Source of the DNA: Candidatus Eiseniibacteriota bacterium
GTDB lineage: Bacteria; Eisenbacteria; RBG-16-71-46; CAZEPH01
DNA length: 64,000 bases
Direction of reading: 5' to 3'
Assembly: GCA_044229145.1 (NCBI GenBank)
Contig: JBGATO010000004.1
Span: forward strand, 32,001-96,000
The translations under genes and the position numbers were made by a program. Below are positions 40,063 through 50,146 of the stretch, in pieces. The notes under the pieces were generated by a model. It had not been told where the DNA came from and made no database searches. It saw only the letters and a list, made by a program, of their open reading frames with translations. Within the stretch, counting starts at the first letter, position 1; each line of letters opens with the position of its first letter.

Positions 40063-41889
40063 ATGATTCGACGACGGCGACAGGGTGCAGGGCTCGCCAC
40101 GGCGTGGGCGATGCTGGCGATGTGCGTGATGCCGGCGGCCGCGCGCGCGGAGGGCGAACCCGGCACGCCCAAATATGCCGCCACCGTGAAACTGCGGAGC
40201 GTGTCGCTGCGCGCCCTCGACGCGCTGTGGCAGCAAGCGCCGGTGTCCGCGACCTCGCTCGGCGTGCACCGCTACGACGACCGCATGGCAAGCTACGCGG
40301 CGCCGGCACGTAGTGCGCAGTTGGCGCAGCTCGCGGCACTCACTTCGCAAGTTCGCGCCATTTCCCCCGCCGTGCTCGCCCCCAACGATCGCGCGGATCG
40401 CGACCTCATCCTCGCCAACCTCGAGGACCGTCGACTCGATCTCGCGGACGTCAAGCAGTGGTCGTGGGATCCGCTGCTGTACACCGAAGAGTGCGTGAAC
40501 GGGCTCTACTACCTCACGCTGCGACAAGGCACGCCGGTGCGCAAGCGAGCGACGGCGGCAATGAAACGTCTGCAGCAAATCCCGCGGCTGCTCGCCGAAA
40601 TGCGCACCAACGTCACGGCGCCGCCGGCGCTGCTCGCAAGTTCGGCGGCCGAACAACTCGACGCGGGCATCGGCTTTCTGCGCGCGCTGGACGAAGCAGA
40701 CGCGCCGCTGCTCGCGTCGGTCAAGCCGGCCGCGCGCGCGCAGGCCATCGACGCCGCGTGTGTCGCGATGCGCGAGGCCGCGACTGCGCTGCGCGTGCAC
40801 GCGGCGCGAGGCGGCGCCTACGCGGCGATGGGCCGCGCGACCTACGAAGCCAAGATGCGCAGCGTGCACTTTCTACCCTTCGACTCGGACAGCTTGATCC
40901 GTCTCGGCGAGCGCGTCCTGCGACAAACGCAAACCGAATACGACGCGCTCAGCGCCGCGCGCGCCAGCGAGTCGCAATGGCTGCCCGCCGCGCCTGTGGG
41001 GCAGGATCCCCCGGCACCCTCGTCGTTCAATCGCAGCAGCATCCTCGCAGCCTACCGCGCGGAAATCGCCGACGTGCGGCGTTTCATCGAGGACAAAGGA
41101 CTGGTGACGATTCCGCGCGACATCGGCGATCTCGTCCCGGTCGAAGTGCCGCAGTTCATGCGACCGATCACGCCGGGCATCGCGATGGAGCCGGCCGCGC
41201 CCTTCGAAGCGCCGTTTCCGGGCGACCGCACGATGGATCCGTATCAGCGAGCGCTGGTGACCCGCGGCACATTCTACGTACGGCCGATTCCGGATTCGCT
41301 CACCGACGCGGAACGGCAGGCAGCCTACAGCCGCATGCTGCATCACGGATTCCGCGGCGGCGTCGTCCACGAAGGATATCCCGGCCATCATCTGCAAACG
41401 TCGCTCGCCAATCGCGTCATCGATCCGGTGCGCCGCGCGCAGACGTGTAGCAGCTTCAGCGAAGGCTGGGCGTTGTACTGCGAAGAACTCATGCAACGCA
41501 ATCGCCTGAGCGACGATGCTGATGCGCGCATCAACATGCTGCGCGGACTGCGCTTCCGTGCGTGCCGCGTGATCGTCGACGCGAAGTTGCAGCGCGGGGA
41601 CATGAGCACCGACGACGCCGTGCGCTTCCTGCACGACGCCGCCGGTTCGGACTCGGCGTTCGCCAGCGGGGAGGTGGCGCGCTACTGCCACCAGCCGTTG
41701 CAGGCGCTCTCGTATCTTGTCGGCAAGGAGATGATCGTCGACCTGCGCGAGCGCTACCGCGCGCGCCACGCGAGCGACTTCACGTTGCGCGGCTTTCACG
41801 ACGCGCTCCTGGCGGTGGGGACGATTCCGGTGCCGCTCGCCGCGCAACTCCTGCTCACCGACGTCCCCGCGGTGAAGTCGGCGCGCTAG
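40063..41889 (+). CDS. DUF885 family secreted protein
   Basis: ATSLGVHRYD, HEGYPGHHLQ, EGWALYCE, EVARY, QALSYLVG, FHDALL. Confidence 0.88.
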   Translation: MIRRRRQGAGLATAWAMLAMCVMPAAARAEGEPGTPKYAATVKLRSVSLRALDALWQQAPVSATSLGVHRYDDRMASYAAPARSAQLAQLAALTSQVRAISPAVLAPNDRADRDLILANLEDRRLDLADVKQWSWDPLLYTEECVNGLYYLTLRQGTPVRKRATAAMKRLQQIPRLLAEMRTNVTAPPALLASSAAEQLDAGIGFLRALDEADAPLLASVKPAARAQAIDAACVAMREAATALRVHAARGGAYAAMGRATYEAKMRSVHFLPFDSDSLIRLGERVLRQTQTEYDALSAARASESQWLPAAPVGQDPPAPSSFNRSSILAAYRAEIADVRRFIEDKGLVTIPRDIGDLVPVEVPQFMRPITPGIAMEPAAPFEAPFPGDRTMDPYQRALVTRGTFYVRPIPDSLTDAERQAAYSRMLHHGFRGGVVHEGYPGHHLQTSLANRVIDPVRRAQTCSSFSEGWALYCEELMQRNRLSDDADARINMLRGLRFRACRVIVDAKLQRGDMSTDDAVRFLHDAAGSDSAFASGEVARYCHQPLQALSYLVGKEMIVDLRERYRARHASDFTLRGFHDALLAVGTIPVPLAAQLLLTDVPAVKSAR

Positions 41890-41902
41890 CCAAAAGCACC
41901 CA

Positions 41903-41947
41903 AACGACACGGGGCGAGCGCCGCATGGCGCCCGCCCCGTTTTCGTT
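41903..41947. terminator. Bidirectional intrinsic terminator
   Basis: ACGGGGCGAGCGCC-GCAT-GGCGCCCGCCCCGT stem with T-run after and A-runs before, between convergent genes. Confidence 0.65.
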
Positions 41948-41988
41948 GCCGGGCGGAGAGCAATCATGCTCCCCGCCCTCACGTCTCG

Positions 41989-43338
41989 TTACTTCGCCTC
42001 GAACTCGTCGCGGCGGTTCTTGTCACGGCCTTCCTGCGTGCTGTTGTCAGCGGCCGGCTTGGTTTCACCGTCGCCCACCATCGTCAACCGCGACGCCGGC
42101 ACGCCGTTCTTGATAAGCCAGTCGTAGGCAACCTTGGCGCGGCGGTCCGACAGCTTCTGGTTGTACTCGTCGGTGCCGATCCAGTCGGTGTTGCCGTGGA
42201 TGACGATCATCTTGTCCGGGTTCGACTTGATGTAGTCCAAGTTGCGCTTCATCACCGGCACGTCGACGGCGCGAACCGCGAACTTGTTGAAGTCGAAGTA
42301 GATCGGCTCGAGGTACTTGCCTTCCTCGACGGCCGGCGCGGGCGGCGGCGGCGGCGGCGGACAGCCGTTCGCATCCACCGTGGTGCCAGCCGGCGTGTTC
42401 GGGCACTGGTCGAGACCGTCGAACACGCCGTCACCGTCGCTGTCCTTCGGGCAGCCAGTAGCGTCCACCCACGCGCCCTTCGGCGTGTTCGGGCAGGTGT
42501 CGATGCCGTCGCAGACACCATCGCCATCGCTGTCCTTCGGGCAGCCCTGCGCGTCGACGATGCAGCCGTTCTGCGTGTCCGGACACTGGTCGATGCCGTC
42601 GAACACGCCATCGCCGTCGGTGTCCTTCGGGCAGCCGTGCTCATCGACGATCGCGCCCTTCGGCGTGTCGGGGCACTTGTCGTTCACGTCGGCCACGCCG
42701 TCCCCATCGCTGTCCTTCGCGTGCAACGGCGAGGTCATGAGCGCAAGCGCGGCGCCGACGCTCCAGTACGTGTTGGCGCGGTCGCCGTTCCCGATCATGT
42801 CCGAGGTGTTGTGCTTGTTGATCCAGTGATACTTCGCGCCGAGGTCGAGCAGCGCGTGCTTCGCCAGACCCCACTGCAAACCGGCACCGCCGGTCCACGA
42901 GAAGTCGGTTCCGCCGTTGGTGCGCGTGTCGCCGGTGAAGGCGCGCCACACCGTGGTGCCGGCGCTTCCCTCGAGGTACGGCGTGAACGTCTTGGCGCCG
43001 AGGAAGCGGTAGTCGAGACCGGCCTCGTACGGCATCACGAGTCCGCGCTTGCCGTCGTCCCCCGTGGTCGCGCCCGGGTTGTCGTCACGGCTCCAGCCGC
43101 GGTTCGCCCCCCCGAACACCAACCACTTGGAACTGAGACCGTAAGAGAGCCGTCCGCCGTAGAACGGGCCCATCTTCGCCTTGATGTCGCTCGAGTCCGG
43201 CATGATTTGCATGCCGCCGTAGGAGCCACTGAGCAACAGGCGATTCGTCATGTCTTGCGCGACGGCCGACGCGGCAAGAATCGCCACCAGCGTGGTGGCA
43301 AGGGTAAGCTGCAGCCACCGGGCCTTCCGGACCATCAT
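41989..43338 (-). CDS. OmpA-family protein: beta-barrel, TSP3 Ca-binding repeats, OmpA C-terminal domain
   Basis: Four DxDGDGVxDxxDxCP repeats; IYFDFNK, YNQKLSDRRA, GRDKNRR. Confidence 0.92.
   Translation of the reverse strand: MMVRKARWLQLTLATTLVAILAASAVAQDMTNRLLLSGSYGGMQIMPDSSDIKAKMGPFYGGRLSYGLSSKWLVFGGANRGWSRDDNPGATTGDDGKRGLVMPYEAGLDYRFLGAKTFTPYLEGSAGTTVWRAFTGDTRTNGGTDFSWTGGAGLQWGLAKHALLDLGAKYHWINKHNTSDMIGNGDRANTYWSVGAALALMTSPLHAKDSDGDGVADVNDKCPDTPKGAIVDEHGCPKDTDGDGVFDGIDQCPDTQNGCIVDAQGCPKDSDGDGVCDGIDTCPNTPKGAWVDATGCPKDSDGDGVFDGLDQCPNTPAGTTVDANGCPPPPPPPAPAVEEGKYLEPIYFDFNKFAVRAVDVPVMKRNLDYIKSNPDKMIVIHGNTDWIGTDEYNQKLSDRRAKVAYDWLIKNGVPASRLTMVGDGETKPAADNSTQEGRDKNRRDEFEAK
42360..42720 (-). repeat. 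Four ~90-nt coding repeats (TSP3-like)
   Basis: Recurrent TGTCCTTCGGGCAGCC on the + strand at ~90-nt spacing. Confidence 0.8.
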
Positions 43339-43667
43339 GGCCTCCTCAACGTATGAAAGTGTGTCGCGCCGCGCGAGTGTGGCAGGCGCGCGTAAGTGGC
43401 GGGGAACACTAGCATCGGAGAAAAAGACGGGTCAAGAAGTTCCCCGTTTCGGCCTGGCATCGCGCCTTCTCGTTTTGGGAATCACATGATTCGAGGCCAC
43501 GCGTTACCGATCTGGTTGCCCCATCGTTCGTTGTCGCGCGGCCCGCGGCCGCAGACAACCACGGGCATTGCCATTATGGGAATCCTCCAACGCCGCAGAC
43601 ACGAATCCGAGTCGCCAGCTGAGTGACAATCGATATGCCTGCAATCACTTACGAAAACACACAGGAG

Positions 43668-43684
43668 CTGGCCCTCTCATTGCG
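43668..43684 (+). promoter_or_regulatory. Putative sigma54 (-24/-12) promoter of groES-groEL
   Basis: TGGCCC-TCTCA-TTGC (GG-N10-GC; one mismatch to TGGCAC-N5-TTGC) about 100 nt upstream of groES. Confidence 0.5.
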
Positions 43685-43782
43685 AGAATCCACGCCAGCC
43701 ACGAACACGCGCGCCGGCTCACGGCCGGTGCGCCGAGCAAACCAGGGCGAGGGACGTTTCCCGTCCACACGGAGGATGTGAC

Positions 43783-44091
43783 ATGGCAACCAGCACCAGC
43801 GTGAAGATCACGCCGCTCCAGGACCGCCTCCTGGTCAAGCGGATCGAGGAAGCGGAAGTCGTGCGCGGCGGCATCATCATTCCGGACTCCGCGAAGGAGA
43901 AGCCGCAGGAAGCGCAGGTCGTGGCCACCGGCCCGGGCCGCGTGAGCGAGGACGGCACGCGCCTTCCGATGACGGTGAAGGCCGGCGACCGCATTCTCAT
44001 CGGCAAGTACAGCGGGACCGAGGTGAAGATCGACGGCGAGGACTACCTGATCGTCCGCGAGGACGACGTGCTCGCGACCCTCGAAGGCTAG
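43783..44091 (+). CDS. groES: Co-chaperonin GroES
   Basis: [30 protein letters not shown]. Confidence 0.97.
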   Translation: MATSTSVKITPLQDRLLVKRIEEAEVVRGGIIIPDSAKEKPQEAQVVATGPGRVSEDGTRLPMTVKAGDRILIGKYSGTEVKIDGEDYLIVREDDVLATLEG

Positions 44092-44145
44092 TCGCATCCG
44101 CGAGGCCGCGTGTGCGGCCCGGATGCCATCCAAGGAGAATCCTGA

Positions 44146-45780
<1,635 letters not shown>

Positions 45781-45810
45781 GCCAGCCGCGCTTCACCGTC
45801 GTACAGCACG

Positions 45811-45840
45811 CGGGCGGCGATCCTTCGGGGTCGCCGCCCG
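45811..45840 (+). terminator. Hairpin terminator after groEL
   Basis: 13-bp stem (one G-U pair) CGGGCGGCGATCC/GGGTCGCCGCCCG with C(UUCG)G tetraloop; weak U-tract. Confidence 0.7.
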
Positions 45841-45889
45841 TCGTCGTGTGGGGACGGCATTCCGTTCTGCCCCAGGCGCGGCGGCGTCA

Positions 45890-46456
45890 TCAGCCAACCG
45901 CGCGCAGCGCGAGGTAACACACGGCGACGGATGTCGTGTCGCGGATCGCGCCGTCGCGCAGCAGCGCCTCGAGTTCGTCGCGCCGCACGGACTGCACTTC
46001 GATGGCCTCCGCCGGATCCCACCGCGGCGCGCCTTCGAGCGTCACGCCGCGCGCCACGAAGGCGCGCGCGCGTACGTTCGACTTGGCCGGCGACGCGTAG
46101 AGCTCTCCGAGCGACGACCACTCGCCGCCGGCGTAGCCCGTCTCCTCGCGCAGCTCGCGCCGCGCCGCCGCCTCCGGCGAGGCGTCCTGCGGGTCGATGA
46201 TGCCGGCCGGCAACTCGAGCACGATCTCGCGGATGCCGTGCTTGTACTGCCGCACCAGCAGCACGCGCTGGTCGGTGGTTTCCGCGAAGACGATGGCGAA
46301 CTCCGGTCCGTCGAACGAGAAGTACTCGAGCGGGTCGGCCCCCGGAGCGGGGATGCACACGTCGCGGCGCACCCGCGCCCACGGATGGTCGAAGGCGAGC
46401 GACGACTCGCGCACCTCCCAGGCGCGCACGGGACGAGATGGCTGATGATCGGTCAT
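45890..46456 (-). CDS. NUDIX hydrolase (ADP-ribose pyrophosphatase-like)
   Basis: LLVRQYK, ELPAG...AARRELREETG Nudix box. Confidence 0.9.
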   Translation of the reverse strand: MTDHQPSRPVRAWEVRESSLAFDHPWARVRRDVCIPAPGADPLEYFSFDGPEFAIVFAETTDQRVLLVRQYKHGIREIVLELPAGIIDPQDASPEAAARRELREETGYAGGEWSSLGELYASPAKSNVRARAFVARGVTLEGAPRWDPAEAIEVQSVRRDELEALLRDGAIRDTTSVAVCYLALRAVG

Positions 46457-46465
46457 CCGTGCAGG

Positions 46466-46684
46466 CTAGCGGATGTGTCCCTGCGCGCGGAACCCTTCCA
46501 CGTAGCGCGCCGCGCCGCGGCCCTCCCATTCGGCGTTGAGCATGCGGTAGCCGTGGATCTTCCATGCGGGAAACTTGCGGTGGTCGCAGACGGTGCGGCA
46601 CCCATGCCAGCAGATGAGCCCGTCCCCGAAGAGACGGCGAAGGAACGCGGGCGTGAAGTAGTCGACTCGCGTGACGTCCATCAT
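46466..46684 (-). CDS. Small (72 aa) Cys/His-containing hypothetical protein
   Basis: GAGG RBS before ATGATG; mostly G/C third positions; ends 10 nt before the NUDIX start. Confidence 0.6.
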   Translation of the reverse strand: MMDVTRVDYFTPAFLRRLFGDGLICWHGCRTVCDHRKFPAWKIHGYRMLNAEWEGRGAARYVEGFRAQGHIR

Positions 46685-46920
46685 GTACCTCGTAACAGCT
46701 TCAGGCCCGGACGACCACCCATCCGAGCGACGGAATCCCACGATACTGCACATGCGAGCAGTATGTCAAGGACGATTGCCAGGCCCGCCGCGCGCCGCGC
46801 ACAATCCGATGATCCCGGGCGACCTGCGCCGACGCCGAGCGCGCTCGCCCCTGCACCCTCGGCGAGGACGGAGCGGCCATTCCCACCCCAGCACGATCCG
46901 ATCGTACCGCTAAGCGACTG

Positions 46921-48711
46921 TTGTCCCTGTCATTACGGGCGAGACTCTTCCTCACGCAGGCGCTGGTGGTCACCATTGCGCTCGGCGCGGCGATCCTCTA
47001 CGCGGCGCGCGAGGAGCGTTCATGGTTGCTGCGGCGCGACTCCGACATCCTGCTCCGGGTCGCCGGCACCGTGGAGCGGGAGTTGAGCGAAGATCCGGCG
47101 TGGCAGCGGAGCGGATGGGAGCGGGCGGCCCAATCGCTCGGCCGCCGGGTCGGCTACCGCGTGACGCTGTTCGACGGCACCGGCAGGGTACTCGGCGACA
47201 CCGACAGTTCCACCGCCGCGCCGTCGACGCCGTCGCTGGCCGCCGGCCCGGAGGTGCGCGTCGCGCTGCGGGGCGAGGTCGGCCGCAGCCTCAATGGCGG
47301 CGTCGCCAAGGGCGCGTACCTCTCGGTGGCGGTGCCGGTGCGGCATGCCGGCACGGTGCGCGTCGTCCGGCTCGCCGAGCCGCTGGCCGAAATCCGCGAA
47401 CGCAACGCATCGCTGTTCACGCTGTGGGCGCTTACCGGCATCCTGTCGCTCGCCGTCACCCTCGCCGCGACGTACTGGCTCACCGCGCGCCACGTCATGC
47501 GTCTCGAAGGACTCGGCCGCGTGGCGCGCGCCATCGGCCGCGGCGAGCTTGCCACCCGCGCTGCCGAGACACCTGCCGACGAGGTCGGCAGCGTCGCCAG
47601 CTCCCTCAACGTCATGGCGAGCCAGCTCCAAGCCCGCCTCGACGCGCTCGAACGTGCCCGGGACGAGCGCGAGCAGATCCTCGCGCACATGAACGACGGC
47701 GTGCTGCTGCTCGACGGCGCCGACCGCATCGTCCACGCCAATCTCGGCATGGCGACGATCTTCAACCTCCCGCTGACGCCCGAGACCGGCTCCCACCTCC
47801 ACAAGGCGGTGCCGGTGCCGGAGTTGCTCCTCATGACGCGCCAGGCGCGCACGCTGGGCCACACCGTGGAGCGCGAGATGCAGCTCGATCTCCAGGGCGA
47901 GGAACGCATTGTTCACGCAATCGTTACGCCGCTCGACACCGCGCAAGCTATGGTTGTCGTGCACGATCTGACGGAGTCCGAACGCCTCAATCGTGTGCGG
48001 CGCGATTTCGTGGCGAACGTCTCCCACGAACTCCGCACTCCTCTCACGTCGATCCGCGGCTACGCGGAGACGTTGCTCGACGGCGCGCTCGACGAAGCCG
48101 AGCATCGCCAGCGGTTCGTCGGCATCATCCACGAGCAAACGTTGCGGCTGCAGCGGCTCGCGGACGACCTCCTGACCCTGAGTGACCTCGAGCGGCCCGA
48201 ACTGCGTCTCAGCCTCGGCCCGACCGACGTCCGCGAGGTGGTCACGCGCCTGGTGCATGGCTTCCAGGAGCGCGCGGCGCGTCAGGGGCTCGATCTGACG
48301 CTCGAAGCGCCGGATCCGCAACCTCTGGTGGCCGATGCGCAGCGGGTCGAACAGGTCATCGCCAATCTCATCGACAACGCCTTGAAGTACACGGAGAAGG
48401 GGCGGGTGCGGGTGCGGCTCCATGGCACGCCGGGCTCGGTGGTCTGCGAAGTGGCGGACAGCGGCGCCGGACTCTCCGAATCGGATCAAGCACGTATTTT
48501 CGAGCGCTTCTATCGCGTCGATAAGGCTAGGTCCCGTGCGATCGGCGGCACGGGGCTCGGTCTCAGCATCGTCAAGCACATCGCCGAACTGCACGGCGGC
48601 TCGATCGACGTGCAGAGCGTACTCGGACAGGGGAGTACCTTCCGGGTGACGTTGCCCCGCGATCCGCACGCGGGAGAGCGTTCCCGGTCACTCGCACCAA
48701 CCGGAGGGTAG
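46921..48711 (+). CDS. phoR: PhoR-like sensor histidine kinase (TM-HAMP-PAS-HisKA-HATPase)
   Basis: RRDFVANVSHELRTPLTSIRGYAETL; RIFERFYRVDKARSR; GGTGLGLSIVKHI. Confidence 0.88.
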   Translation: MSLSLRARLFLTQALVVTIALGAAILYAAREERSWLLRRDSDILLRVAGTVERELSEDPAWQRSGWERAAQSLGRRVGYRVTLFDGTGRVLGDTDSSTAAPSTPSLAAGPEVRVALRGEVGRSLNGGVAKGAYLSVAVPVRHAGTVRVVRLAEPLAEIRERNASLFTLWALTGILSLAVTLAATYWLTARHVMRLEGLGRVARAIGRGELATRAAETPADEVGSVASSLNVMASQLQARLDALERARDEREQILAHMNDGVLLLDGADRIVHANLGMATIFNLPLTPETGSHLHKAVPVPELLLMTRQARTLGHTVEREMQLDLQGEERIVHAIVTPLDTAQAMVVVHDLTESERLNRVRRDFVANVSHELRTPLTSIRGYAETLLDGALDEAEHRQRFVGIIHEQTLRLQRLADDLLTLSDLERPELRLSLGPTDVREVVTRLVHGFQERAARQGLDLTLEAPDPQPLVADAQRVEQVIANLIDNALKYTEKGRVRVRLHGTPGSVVCEVADSGAGLSESDQARIFERFYRVDKARSRAIGGTGLGLSIVKHIAELHGGSIDVQSVLGQGSTFRVTLPRDPHAGERSRSLAPTGG

Positions 48712-48719
48712 GCGGCAGC

Positions 48720-49403
48720 GTGAGCCAGTTGATTCTGGTCGTCGAAGACGATGCGGAGATCCGCGAACTGGTGAAGTTCAATCTGGAGCGCGACGGCTTC
48801 CGTGTCGCCGCCGTGGAAGGCGGGGACGATGCGCTCGATCGCGTGAAGGCGGCGCGTCCCGATCTCGTGATCCTGGACATCATGCTGCCCGGCCGCAGCG
48901 GATTGGAAGTCCTGCAGGACCTCCGGCGCTCGCCGCAGACGCGGGATCTCCCGGTGGTGCTGCTCACCGCCCGGGCGTCCGAGGTCGACAAGCTCGTCGG
49001 GTTCGAATTCGGGGCCGACGACTACGTCACCAAGCCGTTCAGCCCGAAGGAACTCCTGGCCCGCGTGCGCGCCATGCTCCGCCGCGCGGCGCCGCCGGAC
49101 GCGGCGGCCTCGACGCTGACGGTCGCCGGGCTCAGCATCGACTTCAACACGATGTCGATGACGCTGGACGGCCAGACCCTGACCTTCACGCGACGCGAGT
49201 TCGAACTGCTCGCCTTCCTGGCGCGCGATCCCGGCCGCGTGGTGACCCGCGAGGAGTTGCTGCGCAAGGTCTGGGGGTACGAGTTCATCGGCGAGACGCG
49301 AACCGTGGACGTGCACGTGCGCCGCGTGCGGGCCAAGCTGGGCGAACGCGCGTCGTTGATCGAGACGGTGACCGGCGTCGGCTACAAGTTCGCCGAGGCG
49401 TGA
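48720..49403 (+). CDS. phoB: PhoB/OmpR-family response regulator (copy 1)
   Basis: VVEDD, LDIMLP, GADDYVTKPFS, RTVDVH, ETVTGVGY. Confidence 0.85.
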   Translation: MSQLILVVEDDAEIRELVKFNLERDGFRVAAVEGGDDALDRVKAARPDLVILDIMLPGRSGLEVLQDLRRSPQTRDLPVVLLTARASEVDKLVGFEFGADDYVTKPFSPKELLARVRAMLRRAAPPDAAASTLTVAGLSIDFNTMSMTLDGQTLTFTRREFELLAFLARDPGRVVTREELLRKVWGYEFIGETRTVDVHVRRVRAKLGERASLIETVTGVGYKFAEA

Positions 49404-49409
49404 GGGTCG

Positions 49410-49437
49410 CCGGCGCGGAACGATCCTTCCGCGCCGG
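49410..49437 (+). terminator. Perfect 11-bp hairpin after phoB
   Basis: CCGGCGCGGAA-CGATCC-TTCCGCGCCGG; no U-tract. Confidence 0.5.
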
Positions 49438-49594
49438 GCAGGATCGGCGGTGCGGACCGCGCGGCGCCGCCGTGCGTGTGTCCGCGCGGACACCTCTGGC
49501 ACACGCGGCCTAACTGCCGGAGGCGGTGCGATCTAGCACCGTTCCGACGTGCCGCCGGGCGGCTACCGATCGGCTGATGACGTGGCGCATCGAG

Positions 49595-49611
49595 CTGGCA
49601 CACCCGTTGCC
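49595..49611 (+). promoter_or_regulatory. Sigma54 (-24/-12) promoter
   Basis: TGGCAC-ACCCG-TTGC, exact TGGCAC-N5-TTGC match, intergenic and oriented toward the downstream ORFs. Confidence 0.7.
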
Positions 49612-49813
49612 CTGAACCGCCCTGCCATCGGGAGGCGCAGGGCCCAGCGTCCGCAGGACTCCGCGCACAACCGATCCCCCTTCTCCGTTGGCTGGTTCAT
49701 CCCCCTGTTCGCCTTGCATCTCCCAGGCAGCCGCGCCCTGCGGCGATCGACGTCCTCAGCCTGACTCTGTGCGCCTGTGGCCGCGCGCACCGAGAGCGTA
49801 AGGAGATGCAGTC

Positions 49814-50143
49814 ATGGCGCAATTTCGAGTCGTCCCGCCGCGTGCCCGGGGATGTGCAGGACGTGCCACACCCGTGTGGCCGGTCACCCTCGGTGCGTGG
49901 GCCGTCTTGGTGTGCGGCGCGACGCCCAGCGCGGCGTCCCGCCGGCCGCCGCAACATGTGACGCCCATCGTCGAACCCGGATTTGGCGTGCCCGACGAAC
50001 CGGATGGACCGAACCCCGGCAACCAGATGAAGTCGCTGACACGCACCGTCGGCACGACGGTGGTTCGCACGGTGCCCGCATCCTCGCCATCGCGCATCGC
50101 TCGCCTGCTCGCATTCCTGAAGGCGCGTTGGATCGGGAGGTAA
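49814..50143 (+). CDS. Small putative exported protein / pro-peptide
   Basis: TAAGGAG RBS; basic N-terminus then hydrophobic stretch; acidic Pro-rich core GVPDEPDGPNP; basic amphipathic tail; stop 3 nt before the next ATG. Confidence 0.6.
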   Translation: MAQFRVVPPRARGCAGRATPVWPVTLGAWAVLVCGATPSAASRRPPQHVTPIVEPGFGVPDEPDGPNPGNQMKSLTRTVGTTVVRTVPASSPSRIARLLAFLKARWIGR

Positions 50144-50146
50144 GTC

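Noticed and set aside
43668..43694. CIRCE element before groES
   Set aside because: Left arm matches 6/9 and right arm only 4/9 of TTAGCACTC-N9-GAGTGCTAA; a sigma54 reading fits better.
46580..46615. Radical SAM motif in the small ORF
   Set aside because: Spacing is CxxxCxxxC rather than CxxxCxxC and the protein is far too short.
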